Positions 48,597 to 62,286 are shown, numbered from the whole stretch's first letter. The stretch: 63,426 nt of DNA, filler included, from Globobulimina sp. (GCA_003354225.1; 51 parts of 51 records of this genome joined end to end with filler, not necessarily neighbours in it), one strand, 5' to 3'. Notes: a model not told the origin generated them from the sequence alone. Program-made: numbers and translations.

Positions 48597-49367
48597 CTAC
48601 GTATTGAGATTATATTTAATCAAACAACATGTACTTTTTTCTAATATTAATAATCTTTCCTGATCAAATACAGTGACATAGGCATCATTTACTTGTGATT
48701 TAATCAGATATTTATGGCATATTTTGGATTTAATATCATATGTGATATGATAATATTTATATGCTTCAAAAATAATCAAATGAATTGTATTTGCAACAAT
48801 GAACGACGCCTTACACATAGCACAATATTTAAGTGATATTTTTATTCTTTCGACGTTTATAAATGTATTATTTTGTAGATTGAAGACAGACAAAAATATA
48901 AACTTTTTAAACTCAATAATATATAATTTATTGTCTGTAATTATTTTCGTATAATTGATGATTGGCTGGTTGTACACTGCTATGATTTTATATGCATCCA
49001 TTTGTACATTATATTTGATAATACATTGATTGGTTGTGAGTATTATATATGTTTTTAATTCATTTGTATCATAATAAATTAACGATTTATTGTTAATGTT
49101 CTCAGCGAATGTAATTGTTGGTTGAGTTAATATGTCACATGATGTTGTATAAGTATTTAACGGTGCCAATATATTTGTATTTCTTTTATTTATCCATTTG
49201 TCAAATCTATTTTTCCAGCCGTAATAATGAACTTTGATTCTGTCATTCTTGATACCAACAACTTTGCATATAATCCAATTTTGCAGTGTAAATGTGTCAT
49301 CATAAACATCCAAACCATCACCAACCTTCAGATTATCGTGCCAGTTTTTGTCCGTTTTTGAAGCCAT
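48597..49367 (-). CDS. Tudor/MBT-like domain followed by degenerate Kelch-like repeats
   Basis: WHDNLKVGDGLDVYD...IKVHYYGWKNRFDKWI. Confidence 0.7.
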   Translation of the reverse strand: MASKTDKNWHDNLKVGDGLDVYDDTFTLQNWIICKVVGIKNDRIKVHYYGWKNRFDKWINKRNTNILAPLNTYTTSCDILTQPTITFAENINNKSLIYYDTNELKTYIILTTNQCIIKYNVQMDAYKIIAVYNQPIINYTKIITDNKLYIIEFKKFIFLSVFNLQNNTFINVERIKISLKYCAMCKASFIVANTIHLIIFEAYKYYHITYDIKSKICHKYLIKSQVNDAYVTVFDQERLLILEKSTCCLIKYNLNT

Positions 49368-50192
49368 GTTCAGGTTTTGGCAGTTTCCAACAGTTTTTTC
49401 CAACAGTTTTTCATCCCACTACTTGTTTATAATGTTGCCACATTCAATACCTCCGATTGATAATAGCAATGCACAATATGCACATTCAGAGTTATCAACT
49501 AAACGCTATCATCATCGACAAATTTCTGGTGCCGCGGATCCAAACAATTTTTGCAATCAACAGCCTCAATCAAGGCCAGCATCGACATGTACAATAAAAT
49601 TAAATCTGACGCATTCAAATTGCACTCAGAATACCGGTTTGATTTCTGTCATATTTTCCCGTCTCTCACCTTCAGCAATTACAAAATGAGTTTGTTTCCG
49701 GGTTGCTACTACTTTAAAAAACAGGCAAATATANNNNNNNNNNNNNNNNNNNNNNNNNNNNNNNNNNNNNNNNNNNNTTAATTAATTAANNNNNNNNNNN
49801 NNNNNNNNNNNNNNNNNNNNNNNNNNNNNNNNNTTGTTGCTTTTTTTATATTTGTTTGTTTTTGTTGTATTTATTATGCATTTGTTTGGTATATTTTACA
49901 GTTTGTGATGATAATACAATTTGCGCATATTATCACTATTCAGCCGGCGATTTTCATCAAATCCACAGCTTTCACATACAAACCGCGACCGTTGCAAACT
50001 TTATATTGATCGATATGTATATAACCCCGCATCAAAACTCATCGTTAAACGATATATTAGAGAATGTCCAACTAAGCATTTTTAAAAACAGCCCTCACTC
50101 TGTTGCCTCTACTGTCTCGCCATATGGTTTATAATTCATTTGAAAAATAAACCTCCACATAGAAAATGGTAAATGGTAAATGCAACAGAAAT

Positions 50193-50262
50193 GGTCGCAT
50201 AGCTCAAGCAGAGCACTGGATCAATCCAGAAGATACAGGTTTGAATCCTGTGGCGACAGCCA
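50193..50262 (+). pseudogene. tRNA-like element with a defective anticodon loop (pseudo-tRNA or SINE head)
   Basis: GGTCGCA-TA-GCTC/GAGC D arm, CTGGA-TCAA-TCCAG, ACAGG-TTTGAAT-CCTGT, GGCGACA-GCCA. Confidence 0.65.
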
Positions 50263-50418
50263 ATAATCATGTAATGGATTTGGATTTTATGGAATTAATG
50301 AAGATTTTAATAGAGAAAAAAATAGATTTATGAAACTATCCAACAGCGCCTCGCAATGAAACTATCCAGCGGTGCGGTGGTTATTGAAGTAAAAAATTGA
50401 AAAAGAAAGAAGGGAATT

Positions 50419-50501
50419 AAGTGGTGGTTCTCACCGCAGCTGAATACATTGATGTTTTGGTGGTTCTCACCGCAGCTAAGTGGTGGTTATCACCGCAGCT
50501 G
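50419..50501 (+). repeat. Three copies of TGGTGGTT(C/A)TCACCGCAGCT
   Basis: Direct repeats, each containing a GGTG-N5-CACC mini-palindrome. Confidence 0.8.
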
Positions 50502-51269
50502 CCATCCACTATGTACTGTTGCTGAGGATCGCTATAATTTGTATTTGTGTTTACATCTTAAATATAATCAAGTGTAGTTCCAGAGAAAGTCGTTGCACTA
50601 ATTCTCAAGGGCTGTGGTCGGATGGGGAAATTAATTCCTCAGTGTAAGAGGCCCTAGTGCAAGAGGCCTCTACGCATGAGGCCCGGGTTGAAGAGACACG
50701 GTTACCAAGTAAATTCTCTGGGGGGAAAAAAATAGAAAAAAAACTCAGAATTTTCCGGAAATTTCTTAAAAAAATTCTTGAATTTTCTGAATTTTTTTAA
50801 TTACTATACAAATTCATTTAAAGAAAAAGAAATTTCCAGAAATTTCTTCAGAATTTTTTTTTGTCATTATTTTTTTTTGATGACTAATCAAAATATTAAA
50901 AATGGTGATTTGAGATCAACCAAATTATCATTTTTTTTGTCATTCCTTTAAAAAAAATAAATTTCCGGAAATTTCTTCNNNNNNNNNNNNNNNNNNNNNN
51001 NNNNNNNNNNNNNNNNNNNNNNTTAATTAATTAANNNNNNNNNNNNNNNNNNNNNNNNNNNNNNNNNNNNNNNNNNNNACTGTTTTGATCCCATGTTTAT
51101 ATATCAAGCGTTTGGAAGGAATGGAAGGAAATGGTAGAAAAGAACAGTTAAAAATCTTTAAGGTCTCTCGATCATGGCATGGCTTCATGAAACTTTTAAA
51201 TTATATAAAAAATTGAAAAAATCTTTGAATAATCCTAATTAAGAATCATGGGATGAATGTCTCATTGCA

Positions 51270-52223
51270 ATGAAAAAAATTGAAAGTGAATTAAAAATGT
51301 CTGCAGTTGACAGGTTAGTCCCCAATGAGCGCAGTAAGATAGTATTGCAACAAAAAGAATTATGGATAACAAATAAAAAATCTGTTGAACAAATTCTGAA
51401 ACATCTTCTATTTCATACAAATCATTTTTTCACATTAAAATGTATTGAATTTATATCAGCAGAGGCCAGCACGCAGACATCCACTTTACAAAGAAAACAA
51501 TTGCTCGCTATGATTATGATAGCACATGATTTCTGCAGCAAAGCCTTTGAGAAATTTCATTTGATCATAAATGTGTCATTGCGGATATCGATATGCTGGG
51601 ACACATTTTTCAGTGTTGGCCTTGATACGGTGTTAACAATCGAATTTAGTGACAGACTCAATGCTGAACAGTGGAAATGTATATTTTGGGAATCATTATA
51701 TTTGCTAAATCGATCAGCTGCAGCTGATTATGATGATGTTGGTTATACACGATTCGTGCAGGTAAATGCTGCGTTTCTGCTGATTTTGGGCGTAGAACAC
51801 ATTGGAAATATTTTGCTAAGTACCACTCCGAGAGAATTACAAAAAGAAATGTTTTCAAATTGGGGTAGAAACGTTGCAAATATTGATGCAACAAAATTGT
51901 TCAAAATGGTAATTAGTTGGCGTAACCATAAGGTTTATACAGATGTTCTGAAATATGGTCAAATGTTTATACCTCAGCAATTTGAACTTGATACATACAA
52001 TCCATTGCTGGCGGGAGACATAGTTTTTCTTTCTGCAAAAAAGCATTTAAAAGATAAAAGATATTTGGATGCAAAATGTAGGTTTATTTGTGCGATTGAT
52101 AATGCAAATTCATTTGTAATCATGTCTTTATCATTGCGGTATTTAAGTAAAGTTTGTTTATATTTTGGTGAATATGGAATTGGTTTAAAATGTTTAAAAC
52201 GGGCATATAAATTATGTCATATT
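51270..52223 (+). CDS. Hypothetical helical-repeat (TPR-like C-terminus) protein, partial
   Basis: Over 310 open codons; YLSKVCLYFGEYGIGLKCLKRAY. Confidence 0.55.
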
Positions 52224-52400
52224 NNNNNNNNNNNNNNNNNNNNNNNNNNNNNNNNNNNNNNNNNNNNTTAATTAATTAANNNNNNNNNNNNNNNNNNNNN
52301 NNNNNNNNNNNNNNNNNNNNNNNGGTAATACTCATTTAATCGTTTTTTGTTTGTTTTTGTACTATAATTCATATCATGACTTTAGTCAAGAAAAACAGCA

Positions 52401-53226
52401 ATGAATGAATCAAATAATGACGTTTCTTTCAACAAAGCAACGAAAGCGGTTCTATCCGCTAGTCCGAATTTATCGAAAGAAGATATTGATAGATGGACAA
52501 AAGTGATGACACAATGCAATGAAATGCTTAAAAACGATCCTGTTCAACGATTACAATTCATTGAGTTATTTAACAAAATAAATACATATGGTTTAAACAA
52601 TGAGATTGAAGAGAAAAAGATTGATAATGGAGAGCAATTGCAAGCCATTAATGTTAAATTATTATTTTTGGACGTTGATGGAGTGATTAATACATCATCA
52701 ATGTGGCCAGGACAAATGGTGCCGCTCTCTCATCAGCATATTAAACGAATTGGGTCCATTATAAAAGCAACAGAATGTAAAATTGTATTAACCACAACCT
52801 GGAGATATATGAAAAATAAAAGAAGAAAATTGATTGAGAAATTAAATGAGATCGGAGATGAAATGGATACAAAGTTTGATGTTATAGGACGTACACCGTA
52901 CAATGCCAAAAATAGGTTGCCATTAAGCCAGAGAGCAAAGGAAATAAAGCAATATATTGATAAAGTGTGTACTCTATGTTTGGGCCAGCGGGAAAATATT
53001 TAATTATTTTGAAATAATATTTGTCAATAATCAGATTGCAGAGAATGGGGAATATGATATTGTGAGTTGGTGCGCTGTGGATGATATGGATCTAACTGCA
53101 AAGGCTCATAAATGGCATCAAGAGTGTAATGCGATAATTGAAGGACATTTTGTTCAAACAAATGAAAATGTTGGCATTACAGACAAGGACATTGGAAAAG
53201 TGGTTGCAATTCTTAATGCAACATAA
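52401..53226 (+). CDS. HAD domain protein of the Swiss Army Knife RNA-repair-like family; intron 52965-53034
   Basis: LFLDVDGVIN, IVLTTTWR, RAKEI, WCAVDD, GITD. Confidence 0.85.
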
Positions 53227-53568
53227 TTAATCAGACAGTTTATCTCCACATTGCCAGTCCTATTAACCTCCGGAGCCACTGTTGAATCTTTGTCAATGAA
53301 TAGTGGACCAATTAATTCCATTTCTACTACGCAAAACTCAGTAAACGTGTTAAAGAATGGCACTTAAAAAGGGTTCAGCACACAAAAAAAAATCGACACC
53401 TTCAGAAATTGAGACAAGTCATGGAATGTCTCTATCCACGATGTCTGCTTATGATAAATCCACACTTTNNNNNNNNNNNNNNNNNNNNNNNNNNNNNNNN
53501 NNNNNNNNNNNNTTAATTAATTAANNNNNNNNNNNNNNNNNNNNNNNNNNNNNNNNNNNNNNNNNNNN

Positions 53569-54396
53569 TTTATTTAGGTAATGTTGTTTAAAGTGCCCTC
53601 TGTTTCAATCAAAAGTCTTAAAGGTGCCTGTTGCACACTGGTTATCTTATTTATGTTGTCGACTATTTCATTTTCAATTCATGTGTCATCGAGTTTTTGC
53701 TACCTGTATGATTTTGCGATTTGGTTAAATTTCGGATTAGTCGGTTTACTCGGTTATGAGCTGGGGTTGGCATTATTATATTTTATATTTGTGATGCGAC
53801 TGAGCTACGCCTTCAAAGGCACCACCTTGGCCACCTCCCGATGCTTATTTGTTGTTTTTATATTTGGTGAATTGCTTCAAATATTTTTTGCATTTGTGGC
53901 GGTTGGCGTGTTTCGATATTATCCCCCACAGCAATGGAAATGGGCCAATTTATTTATTTTTTTATTTCAAATTACAAATTTATTTTTTACGATTATTTTG
54001 TTGGCAGTCTTCTTTAAAAAAATATTATTGTTGAAGGATGAAACTTTGTTAAAATCAGCACTTCGATTAATTATTTGCGCCGCCATTGGTTTATTGTCAT
54101 CCAATTTGATAAGTATTATTAGTGCGGTTCGGTACTTTGACGGTGAAGGCGAAATTATATGGGTCACTCATGCAATGTCTATACAATTAGACCAATGTGT
54201 TAATTTATTTTGCCTTTATTTACAATTTCCGTGCGGGAAAGCAGTGTTTTATAAAATGTGTGGCAGAATATCATCGTATTGGGAACAGTATGTGATAAAT
54301 ATTCGAAATATGAAGACTGAAATGCAATCAACCACAAATACGAAAACTGATGGTTCCGTTGATGGTAAGTGCACAATTGCAACAGTCCAAGTATGA
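53569..54396 (+). CDS. 7TM GPCR-like membrane protein
   Basis: About six visible hydrophobic helices; C-terminal LCLYLQF...FYKMC. Confidence 0.65.
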
Positions 54397-55338
54397 TTGG
54401 ATTATAATATTAACTATTTGTGTATGACAGTACATTACAATATGTTTGTTTGTTTGTTTGTTTTGTTTTGTTTTGTTTTAGTGTATGCCTCTCCTCTCCT
54501 CTCCTCTTTGTGTGTGCTTTGTGTTTTGTTACTTGTCATACTCTAATTTAATTATTTTTTTCCATCCATCCGCAAATTCGCAAGTTAAAAAAAAAAGAGT
54601 CATCAAGGCACATATAAATGGTACGCAAGATATCTTGTGGTATGAATATTAACATTTGCATGACTTACTAACGTATTCCAAAAGATACCCACCCCCACCC
54701 CCTGGTCGATACGNNNNNNNNNNNNNNNNNNNNNNNNNNNNNNNNNNNNNNNNNNNNTTAATTAATTAANNNNNNNNNNNNNNNNNNNNNNNNNNNNNNN
54801 NNNNNNNNNNNNNGATGAAACACAACCTTTAAGAATTCAATTTTGACTTTCAATGTTTTTATTTTGAATAATCTGTAAAAAACTGTAAATTCAAAGAGTT
54901 TACAGTAAAAACAGTAATTTCAAACTGAAAAGTAAATGTTGGTCTAATCCTTATTTATAGCACAGTACAATCTTTATTTACAGTTTCTAATAGAGACGAG
55001 AAGATGAGACGAACATTTACTTAAGCTTTTTCTCTAACAATTCACAAATGATTAAAAAAAGTTGCTCATGACCAAAATCAAGGTCAAATAGGAAAACTCT
55101 AATGTTACCTTTAACATTTTATTATTAACCTATTTTCCTTCCCAAAAATGTCAAAAAATATAAGGAAAAGGTCTCAATGCATTGAATTAAATCAAATCTA
55201 CCAATTGAATTAACATTAGAAAGAAAAAAAAAACGTTTTCATTAAACTGCGGGAATATTTTTGCTTTCTGTTTGTATTCTTCCTCTTTTTGCAGCTTGCT
55301 TTGATTCTGTATATTTTTGTTTTTACAATGAATTATTA

Positions 55339-55958
55339 TCAAATGTTTTTAGCTAAAGAAATCACATAACTTTGAATACAAAATTGATAAAATAATGCGA
55401 AAATACATAATATGAACCATGATATTATCATAATACTTTGTATATCGATATCAGCTGTTTCACCTTCACCTAATTCACCAGCTTCAGCGCAAGCACCAGT
55501 TCCTCCAAAATCAGTGGCAGCACGAAAGCCTTCTGCCTTAGAAGTGCAATAGTGGCAGCCGTCCCAGCCGCAGCACGTTCTGCCAAATTGCGCTGCTTTT
55601 TCCATGTTTCCAAATTGCATCAAATTGAAATTTGTTTGTTTGATATCTGGAAATACATATTCATCAAGAAAAAATCCAATGGATGATACAGCCTGTAACA
55701 AATACAAAAATAATAAATGAAAAATAAAAGATAAAAAAATAGCTATACCAAAAATGATCCTAATACGGCACCAACAAATCTTACCATTTTATTATCCTTT
55801 TGGCCGCACAGGAAACCAAGCACCGTGCCACTGAGCGTACATCCAATACAAACAAATTGACGCGTTCTGTCTGAATCAATGCGGAAGCGTGTCGTGTTTT
55901 GACTCATTTCAAATAACGCATAACAAACAATTGCAAATCCAAATGCAGTTAATACACC
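55339..55958 (-). CDS. Membrane protein, C-terminal part, with an intron near 55693-55748
   Basis: Hydrophobic exons on both sides of an AT-rich GT-AG intron; Cys-rich loop. Confidence 0.5.
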
Positions 55959-58389
55959 NNNNNNNNNNNNNNNNNNNNNNNNNNNNNNNNNNNNNNNNNN
56001 NNTTAATTAATTAANNNNNNNNNNNNNNNNNNNNNNNNNNNNNNNNNNNNNNNNNNNNATTATATCTTCTTTTATAGGCAAGGCGAAAGCATCGGCAAAT
56101 GTTACATAAAGCAAAATCAAGCCAAATGTGGCAATAAAGAGCTAGCAGATTTGAACGTGGAATGGCTGACAAATGTTGGCTTAAAAAGCCTTAAGGCATT
56201 TAAGCCTGACACATTTCCATCCGAATGTGACAAGCTAATCGAAAGGCACAACCATAGCTGCTGTAGTATTCCTATATTGTATGTTACCATAACGTGTATT
56301 GTTTTTCTTTTCCTTTGATGTCATATTATCTATTGCTAAATGTGTATATGTGCTTGTCCATCTATTGTGTTTCTCTGATTCTATTATGTCATATTCATAG
56401 TTCTATTTTATTGCTAAATGTTCAAAATTATGAAATAAATACACAGTAAACATATTATTCAACCATTATTAATGCATAATAAAAAATAAAATAGAATAAC
56501 AAAAAAATTCCTACGCCGGGGATCGAACCACTGACGGATGTTTTGCCATGTTTTCGATTTCTTGTCGAGAGGTCATTCCGAGTCTTTTCCGACGAAATTC
56601 CGTCCAATTCTCGTTCAGTCGGAAACGCCAAAGTCTAAAAAACAAGAAAATAAACAAAAATAACCCTAGTTTTTTCAATCGTCGTTCCAATGTTCTGGTA
56701 CAAATTGAGATTTGGAGTTGTTTAATATACCAATCGATAGAGCGGAGCGTGGGGATCATTTTAGTTTTTTAAACAACGAAATTGAGCCATTTGTTGACGA
56801 GTTATGTCGAATTTAGTGAAAAAATGACGTTGTTAAAAAATGTCGATTTTGAGCCATGTGTAACGCGAGGTGTAACATAGGCAAAAAAAAGTGGTAACGG
56901 GGTAATTTTTTTTTAAACGAAAGCTTGGGTCGAAAGGAAGACAGTGGTGCAGCTCTCGTACCTCTAGCAATGCAATTGGGCGTTAGTAGCAAAGGCGTAG
57001 TCCAAAAAACGGCAAAAAAACAAAAAAAACCTGTTTTTTTCCAAATTTCGTTTTTTGTATGGGGTAAAAATTAAAGCTATCGATACGTTTAATAGTGCGT
57101 TCGAAAGGTATTTTCCAGGGCTATCTACTCACGTGAGCTTTTTTTTCTCCGACCATCTGTTGGGGTGTTATGGTCGTTTGAAGTTACCAATGTCTGGTGT
57201 AATNNNNNNNNNNNNNNNNNNNNNNNNNNNNNNNNNNNNNNNNNNNNTTAATTAATTAANNNNNNNNNNNNNNNNNNNNNNNNNNNNNNNNNNNNNNNNN
57301 NNNAAAAAAAGAAAAGCGGTAGCAAGAGAATAGGAAAAATGGTCAATCAATGATAATTATGGAAACGTTATTACATTGACACATTCGGACATTAAACATT
57401 TTTCAAAACAGAAGAGAGTGAAATAGATATTACATACATCAATGGAATTATGTATGGTATCAATAGAACAACACTCAAAGAAAGAAAAAAATGTTTTACA
57501 TAAAAAATTAATCAGCAAATATAATAATTTATTATTAAAGTTTTATTAGAATTATCAAGAAAATTCTATTCGGACATTTGCACATTTTATTATGAACATT
57601 AAACATAATTAAAATGATGACGAATCCAACCAATCTAAACCAACATAAAAATAATAAAATTACATGTATGTAACCATAACATTGCTTAATAAAAAACAGC
57701 GAGAACATTGTCTCGTATTTGTGTTATAATGTAAGAATAATCCAACTTTGTTTTACAAGCCGGATAACGGCACAAAGCTTGCTTTAATTGTTTTATTTGA
57801 TTTGTTTATGTAATAATAATTTACTTTTAACAACACACGGATAACTTTGGTGAGGTTAACGTATGAAGCTGTTGAATATTAATGTTGATGCCATAATGTT
57901 TTGTTGTTCATTGTCGACACGAAAGGGCCTGGAAACCCTACGTAAGGACCTGGAAATCCTTATAACTGTGGGAACACAATAGAACACAATTTATTATTGG
58001 TAGATAACTAAATATTAATTTTTTTTAACAAACACAAAATTTTTTAAACAACTTTAAAACGTAACAACATAACGGATATTTTCTGAGTTTTACAGAAATA
58101 TCACGTATTGTTACGACAAAAAATAAACACTTACCAAACATACTAAACACAAAATAATATATACAATAAACGCATGAGCAATATCGCTGGAAGAGAGAGA
58201 GAGGAATATATATTGTAATATATTTAAATATGTCTCAATCTGCATAAAAATCACTCTCCATCTCTCAAATCAATGTGCATATCTCTCAATGTCTCAATGT
58301 GCATATCTCTCAATGTGCATATTTCTCAAATCACTTCAAATAAATCCCAAATCACTCTCAATCCAACTATTTATTATATTAACATTATT

Positions 58390-58441
<52 letters not shown>

Positions 58442-58572
58442 AAAATAANNNNNNNNNNNNNNNNNNNNNNNNNNNNNNNNNNNNNNNNNNNNTTAATTAA
58501 TTAANNNNNNNNNNNNNNNNNNNNNNNNNNNNNNNNNNNNNNNNNNNNGTCATAGCGCGGTTTATTATAATG

Positions 58573-59137
58573 TTATCTTTGTTTATCATAGCACTCATTG
58601 CAAGTTCTCAAGTTATTGTCCTTTTATGTTCTGTACGGACAGCATCCATCGCAGGCGACACAGCCACTGTTTTGTTTGGAAGCTAATATTTTGTCAACAA
58701 TGCAGGAAAGGATAAGTATACCAATATCGACAATGATGTTTGTTGGAGCTAAACATGGAAGGTTTTATCCGCTGATGACAGATTGAACAATTTTTAATGA
58801 ATGGATCGTCGGTCCAAAGCTCCATTGGTAAGGTGTCTAAACAATTAGTTCTATCTTTGTCGGTCCATCGTTTGAAACATTCATTGCAAATTCTATGGTT
58901 ATTCAATGTATTGTCACTACAAAGAGCACATATAATATAACCGCTTGGCAGTGTGTGTGTATTGTTTGTTTGTATGTTGCAATATAGGATTAATATGGAA
59001 ATTGGAAAAGGAACAAACCAATATCTGCAATGATGTTTGTTGGAGCTGAATATTGAAGGTTTTATTTCTCCTCTACAGAGATTACAGGAATTGGCTTGTT
59101 CATCCTTTACCCATTGTGACCTCAAGACGACATCCAT
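58573..59137 (-). pseudogene. Tandem FYVE-domain protein with two introns and an in-frame TAA at 58624-58626
   Basis: WVKD..CNLC..KHHCRYC..RICNEC, then WTDD..CSIC..KHHCRYCGCVACDGCCPYRT*KDNNLRTCNEC. Confidence 0.75.
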
Positions 59138-59232
59138 TGCTTTGAGTAAAATGAGCATAATCTTTTGCACAGCAAATAGTTAAAAACATCAACTTAGTAT
59201 ACAAAACTACATTAGTAATCCAAAAATATTTA

Positions 59233-59693
59233 TTATACAATTCTGAGCTTACCACTTCTTGAATAATATTCTCTCAATTCTGATTGACTTGATTGTGGTT
59301 GACTTATCACGATGCATTTGCTCAACATTTCCTTTTCTACATATATCTCCCAACCCAGTTGTTTATATTTCAATTTATATGAATCAACAACACGATGAAT
59401 ACATTTATCCTCTTCTTCCTTGTTTTCCATTGGGAAACTTATTTTAACTTTTTGCAATTTAACATGAGATTTCGTTCCGATTAAAGCTAACAATGATGAA
59501 TAAATATTATCAAAAATAGCATTGTGGCTTTTTTTTTTCAAATAGCATCGTATCAAAAAATTGATTGTTGCAATGGAAGGAAATACAGTGGTGAATATAT
59601 CCAAATTAATCCAACCGTTATCGTAACAAAATAGACTGTCAAATACTTTCCCAACAAATCCAGGCATTGGGAAAGCGCAGAATTCCATATTTT
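59233..59693 (-). CDS. Hypothetical protein, C-terminal part
   Basis: 151-codon open frame. Confidence 0.45.
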
Positions 59694-60346
59694 NNNNNNN
59701 NNNNNNNNNNNNNNNNNNNNNNNNNNNNNNNNNNNNNTTAATTAATTAANNNNNNNNNNNNNNNNNNNNNNNNNNNNNNNNNNNNNNNNNNNNGTGCTTT
59801 TTGAGTTTAGGTAAAATCTAAATATCAAAAACACTTTTGAACACAACAATAGTTTGTTCTCTTCTGTCATATTCAATACCGGGATGATTTCTGTAAACCG
59901 AAATATCCACAAGATGTTCGGAGATATAATCAGAGTTCGATTGGATTGTAATTTTTGGAAAAATGATGAATTTGTGTTTGATGCAGAATTGAAGGACAAA
60001 AATAAAATATATTATCCTGTCGTGGAAATTTTGACGGAGAAGTCTGGAGATCACGATTTCAAATTGCTTTGAATATCAAAACGCGCAAATTCTGTGTATT
60101 TTTTTCTAGTATGGTAGTGGGGAATATTCCATATATTTATATAACCACAATAATGTAATTTGATTCGAATCGGAATGTGAGAATCAGATCTGTATATTTG
60201 TTGATAATTTAAGGTTGTTTTTGTTTCACTTCGCTTCCACTCTTTTCTTTGTCTCCATTATTGCAAACCCAGAATTTCAACAATAAAACAAAAAAATTAA
60301 TATTCTCACTCGCGTAACAGTTTGAAATTAATATTTAGCATAAACA

Positions 60347-60938
60347 ATGATCGTAGTAAACAAAAGATATTACGATTACGATTACGACAACAACACAATA
60401 ATAATGTTTGACGCAGAGGACGTCGCATTGACCTTAGACTTAGACGACGACATCGATTATTGTTCCATTGATAATCCCCAATTAGATGAAAAACAACAAT
60501 CAGCAGAACAAAAAACAAAAAAGCCGATCCAATCACAGTCCACCGACACAGTTCCTGACGACAACATTATTGCACCAACTACACCGCCCCACGACCACAA
60601 CTACGCCGCCGATGAGAAAAGTAATAAATCGCAGACGCCTCCAGCCGACAATATATATGGTCTTAGCTCCTCCAACAAAATCTCATGGATCTCGAGCACC
60701 TCTCCCAAAGGCTCCCGCCGTATCCCTTACGCCCTCCACATTGCTCACTCGTACACCATTAGCAAATTGCCAGTGACCTTATCCACATTGGTCAATACCA
60801 AGACTTTGCGCGCCAAACAAGAAGAAAAATTGCGCGCGAAACAAGCCGCTGCCGCCGCACACTCTGCACATGCACAGCCACAGCCTTATCATTATCAGCA
60901 GATCCATCCCCATCCACATCAACACTCCGCCCAGTATG
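60347..60938 (+). CDS. Low-complexity protein, N-terminal part
   Basis: Open frame with D-, P-, A- and H-rich tracts. Confidence 0.5.
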
Positions 60939-61093
60939 NNNNNNNNNNNNNNNNNNNNNNNNNNNNNNNNNNNNNNNNNNNNTTAATTAATTAANNNNNN
61001 NNNNNNNNNNNNNNNNNNNNNNNNNNNNNNNNNNNNNNTTATGTGAGTGTAATTTTTTGTAAGTCTGAATCTGTTAATCTTCCACGAAGTTCA

Positions 61094-62117
61094 ATGTCAC
61101 ATCCAACGTATCGTGATTTAACCAAACGATTTAAACAACTTCGAACTGGATATAAATCAGATTATATCCACGGAGCTGAGAAATCCAATTCACGCGAATC
61201 AGGCAAATCACTTTTATTAAATGTGGATAATACATCAAATTTAAAGCATGCCACCAACAGTGTGGCGGGCGGAGGATTACCGCCAATATGGATGGAAATA
61301 TTGGAATCCATCGACGACGATATACTCAAAATTGAGCGCCAAATTGGAATGTTGAAGGAATATCATAGTCAACGGCAACGTGTAATGTTTGAAGACAACA
61401 AAAGTGCAGAAATAGACGCAAATATTCAGGAAACAACGCGTTCCATCACAAGAGTTACTTTTTTTTTATATAATATATAATTCTCACAGTATATTGATCG
61501 CAAATTCGCAAACACAAAAACAGCTATTCCAAGGATGCAAAACCAAATTACAACAAGTCGCCATGAAAGGGAATGAAAGTGGAAAGAAAACAGGCTTTGA
61601 AGACCGCACCGTGCGGTACAATGTAATGAGATCGCGAGCCACCACCATCCAAGAATGGACAAAGAAATTCCGAGAGGCCCAACGTAGCTATTTACAAGGC
61701 ATGAAATCAAAAGAAGAGCAATCATCGAGATATATTAACAATGAATCAATCGGTGCGACCTTGCCAGATTTGGCCAATATTGCGGATGGATTTGACGAGG
61801 AACAGTTGCACCGCTTAGAACAGATAGAAATGAATGCATCAGACCGGACACAGGAAATATTAAATATTGCCAAGTCTGTACACGAATTAGCCACTTTATT
61901 CCAAGAGTTGTCGGTATTGGTTGTAGAACAGGGCAGTTTATTGGATCGCATTGATTATAATGTTGAGCAAACATTAGATAATCTATCCAAAGCAAAGCAT
62001 CATGTGGATAAAGCCAATGTGCATCAGAAAAGATCACGAACTGCTCTGTGTATTATTGTATTAATTATGTTGATCATAGTTGCCGGCTTTATACTTGTTT
62101 TAAGACATCTTGCATAA
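61094..62117 (+). CDS. STX16: Syntaxin-16/Tlg2-like Qa-SNARE; intron about 61454-61523
   Basis: N-peptide YRDLTKRF, LPPIW, SNARE motif LVVEQGSLLDRIDYNVE, C-terminal TM. Confidence 0.92.
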
Positions 62118-62286
62118 CACTTGAAGTGCTACTTGTCACTGTTTTAGTTTTGAAGTTTGTTGTTTTATTTATCATTATTCTGNNNNNNNNNNNNNNNNNN
62201 NNNNNNNNNNNNNNNNNNNNNNNNNNTTAATTAATTAANNNNNNNNNNNNNNNNNNNNNNNNNNNNNNNNNNNNNNNNNNNNATGG

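Noticed and set aside
50216-50229. Functional tRNA-Sec or opal suppressor (TCA in the loop)
   Set aside because: The loop is 4 nt, there is no long variable arm or extended acceptor stem, and the T-loop is mutated.
58391-58439. Poly-A tract as a poly-Lys ORF or mRNA tail
   Set aside because: Simple genomic homopolymer at a contig end, next to microsatellite-like repeats.
1949-58626. Genome-wide TAA reassignment (ciliate-type code)
   Set aside because: Conserved genes (Rab1, NDUFS4, fimbrin, syntaxin) terminate at TAA in the expected position and use CAA/CAG for Gln.
1148-62282. Regularly spaced TTAATTAATTAA motif and ORFs ending in XXXLIN
   Set aside because: Artificial contig linker, not biological. 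Adjacent contigs are not neighbours.
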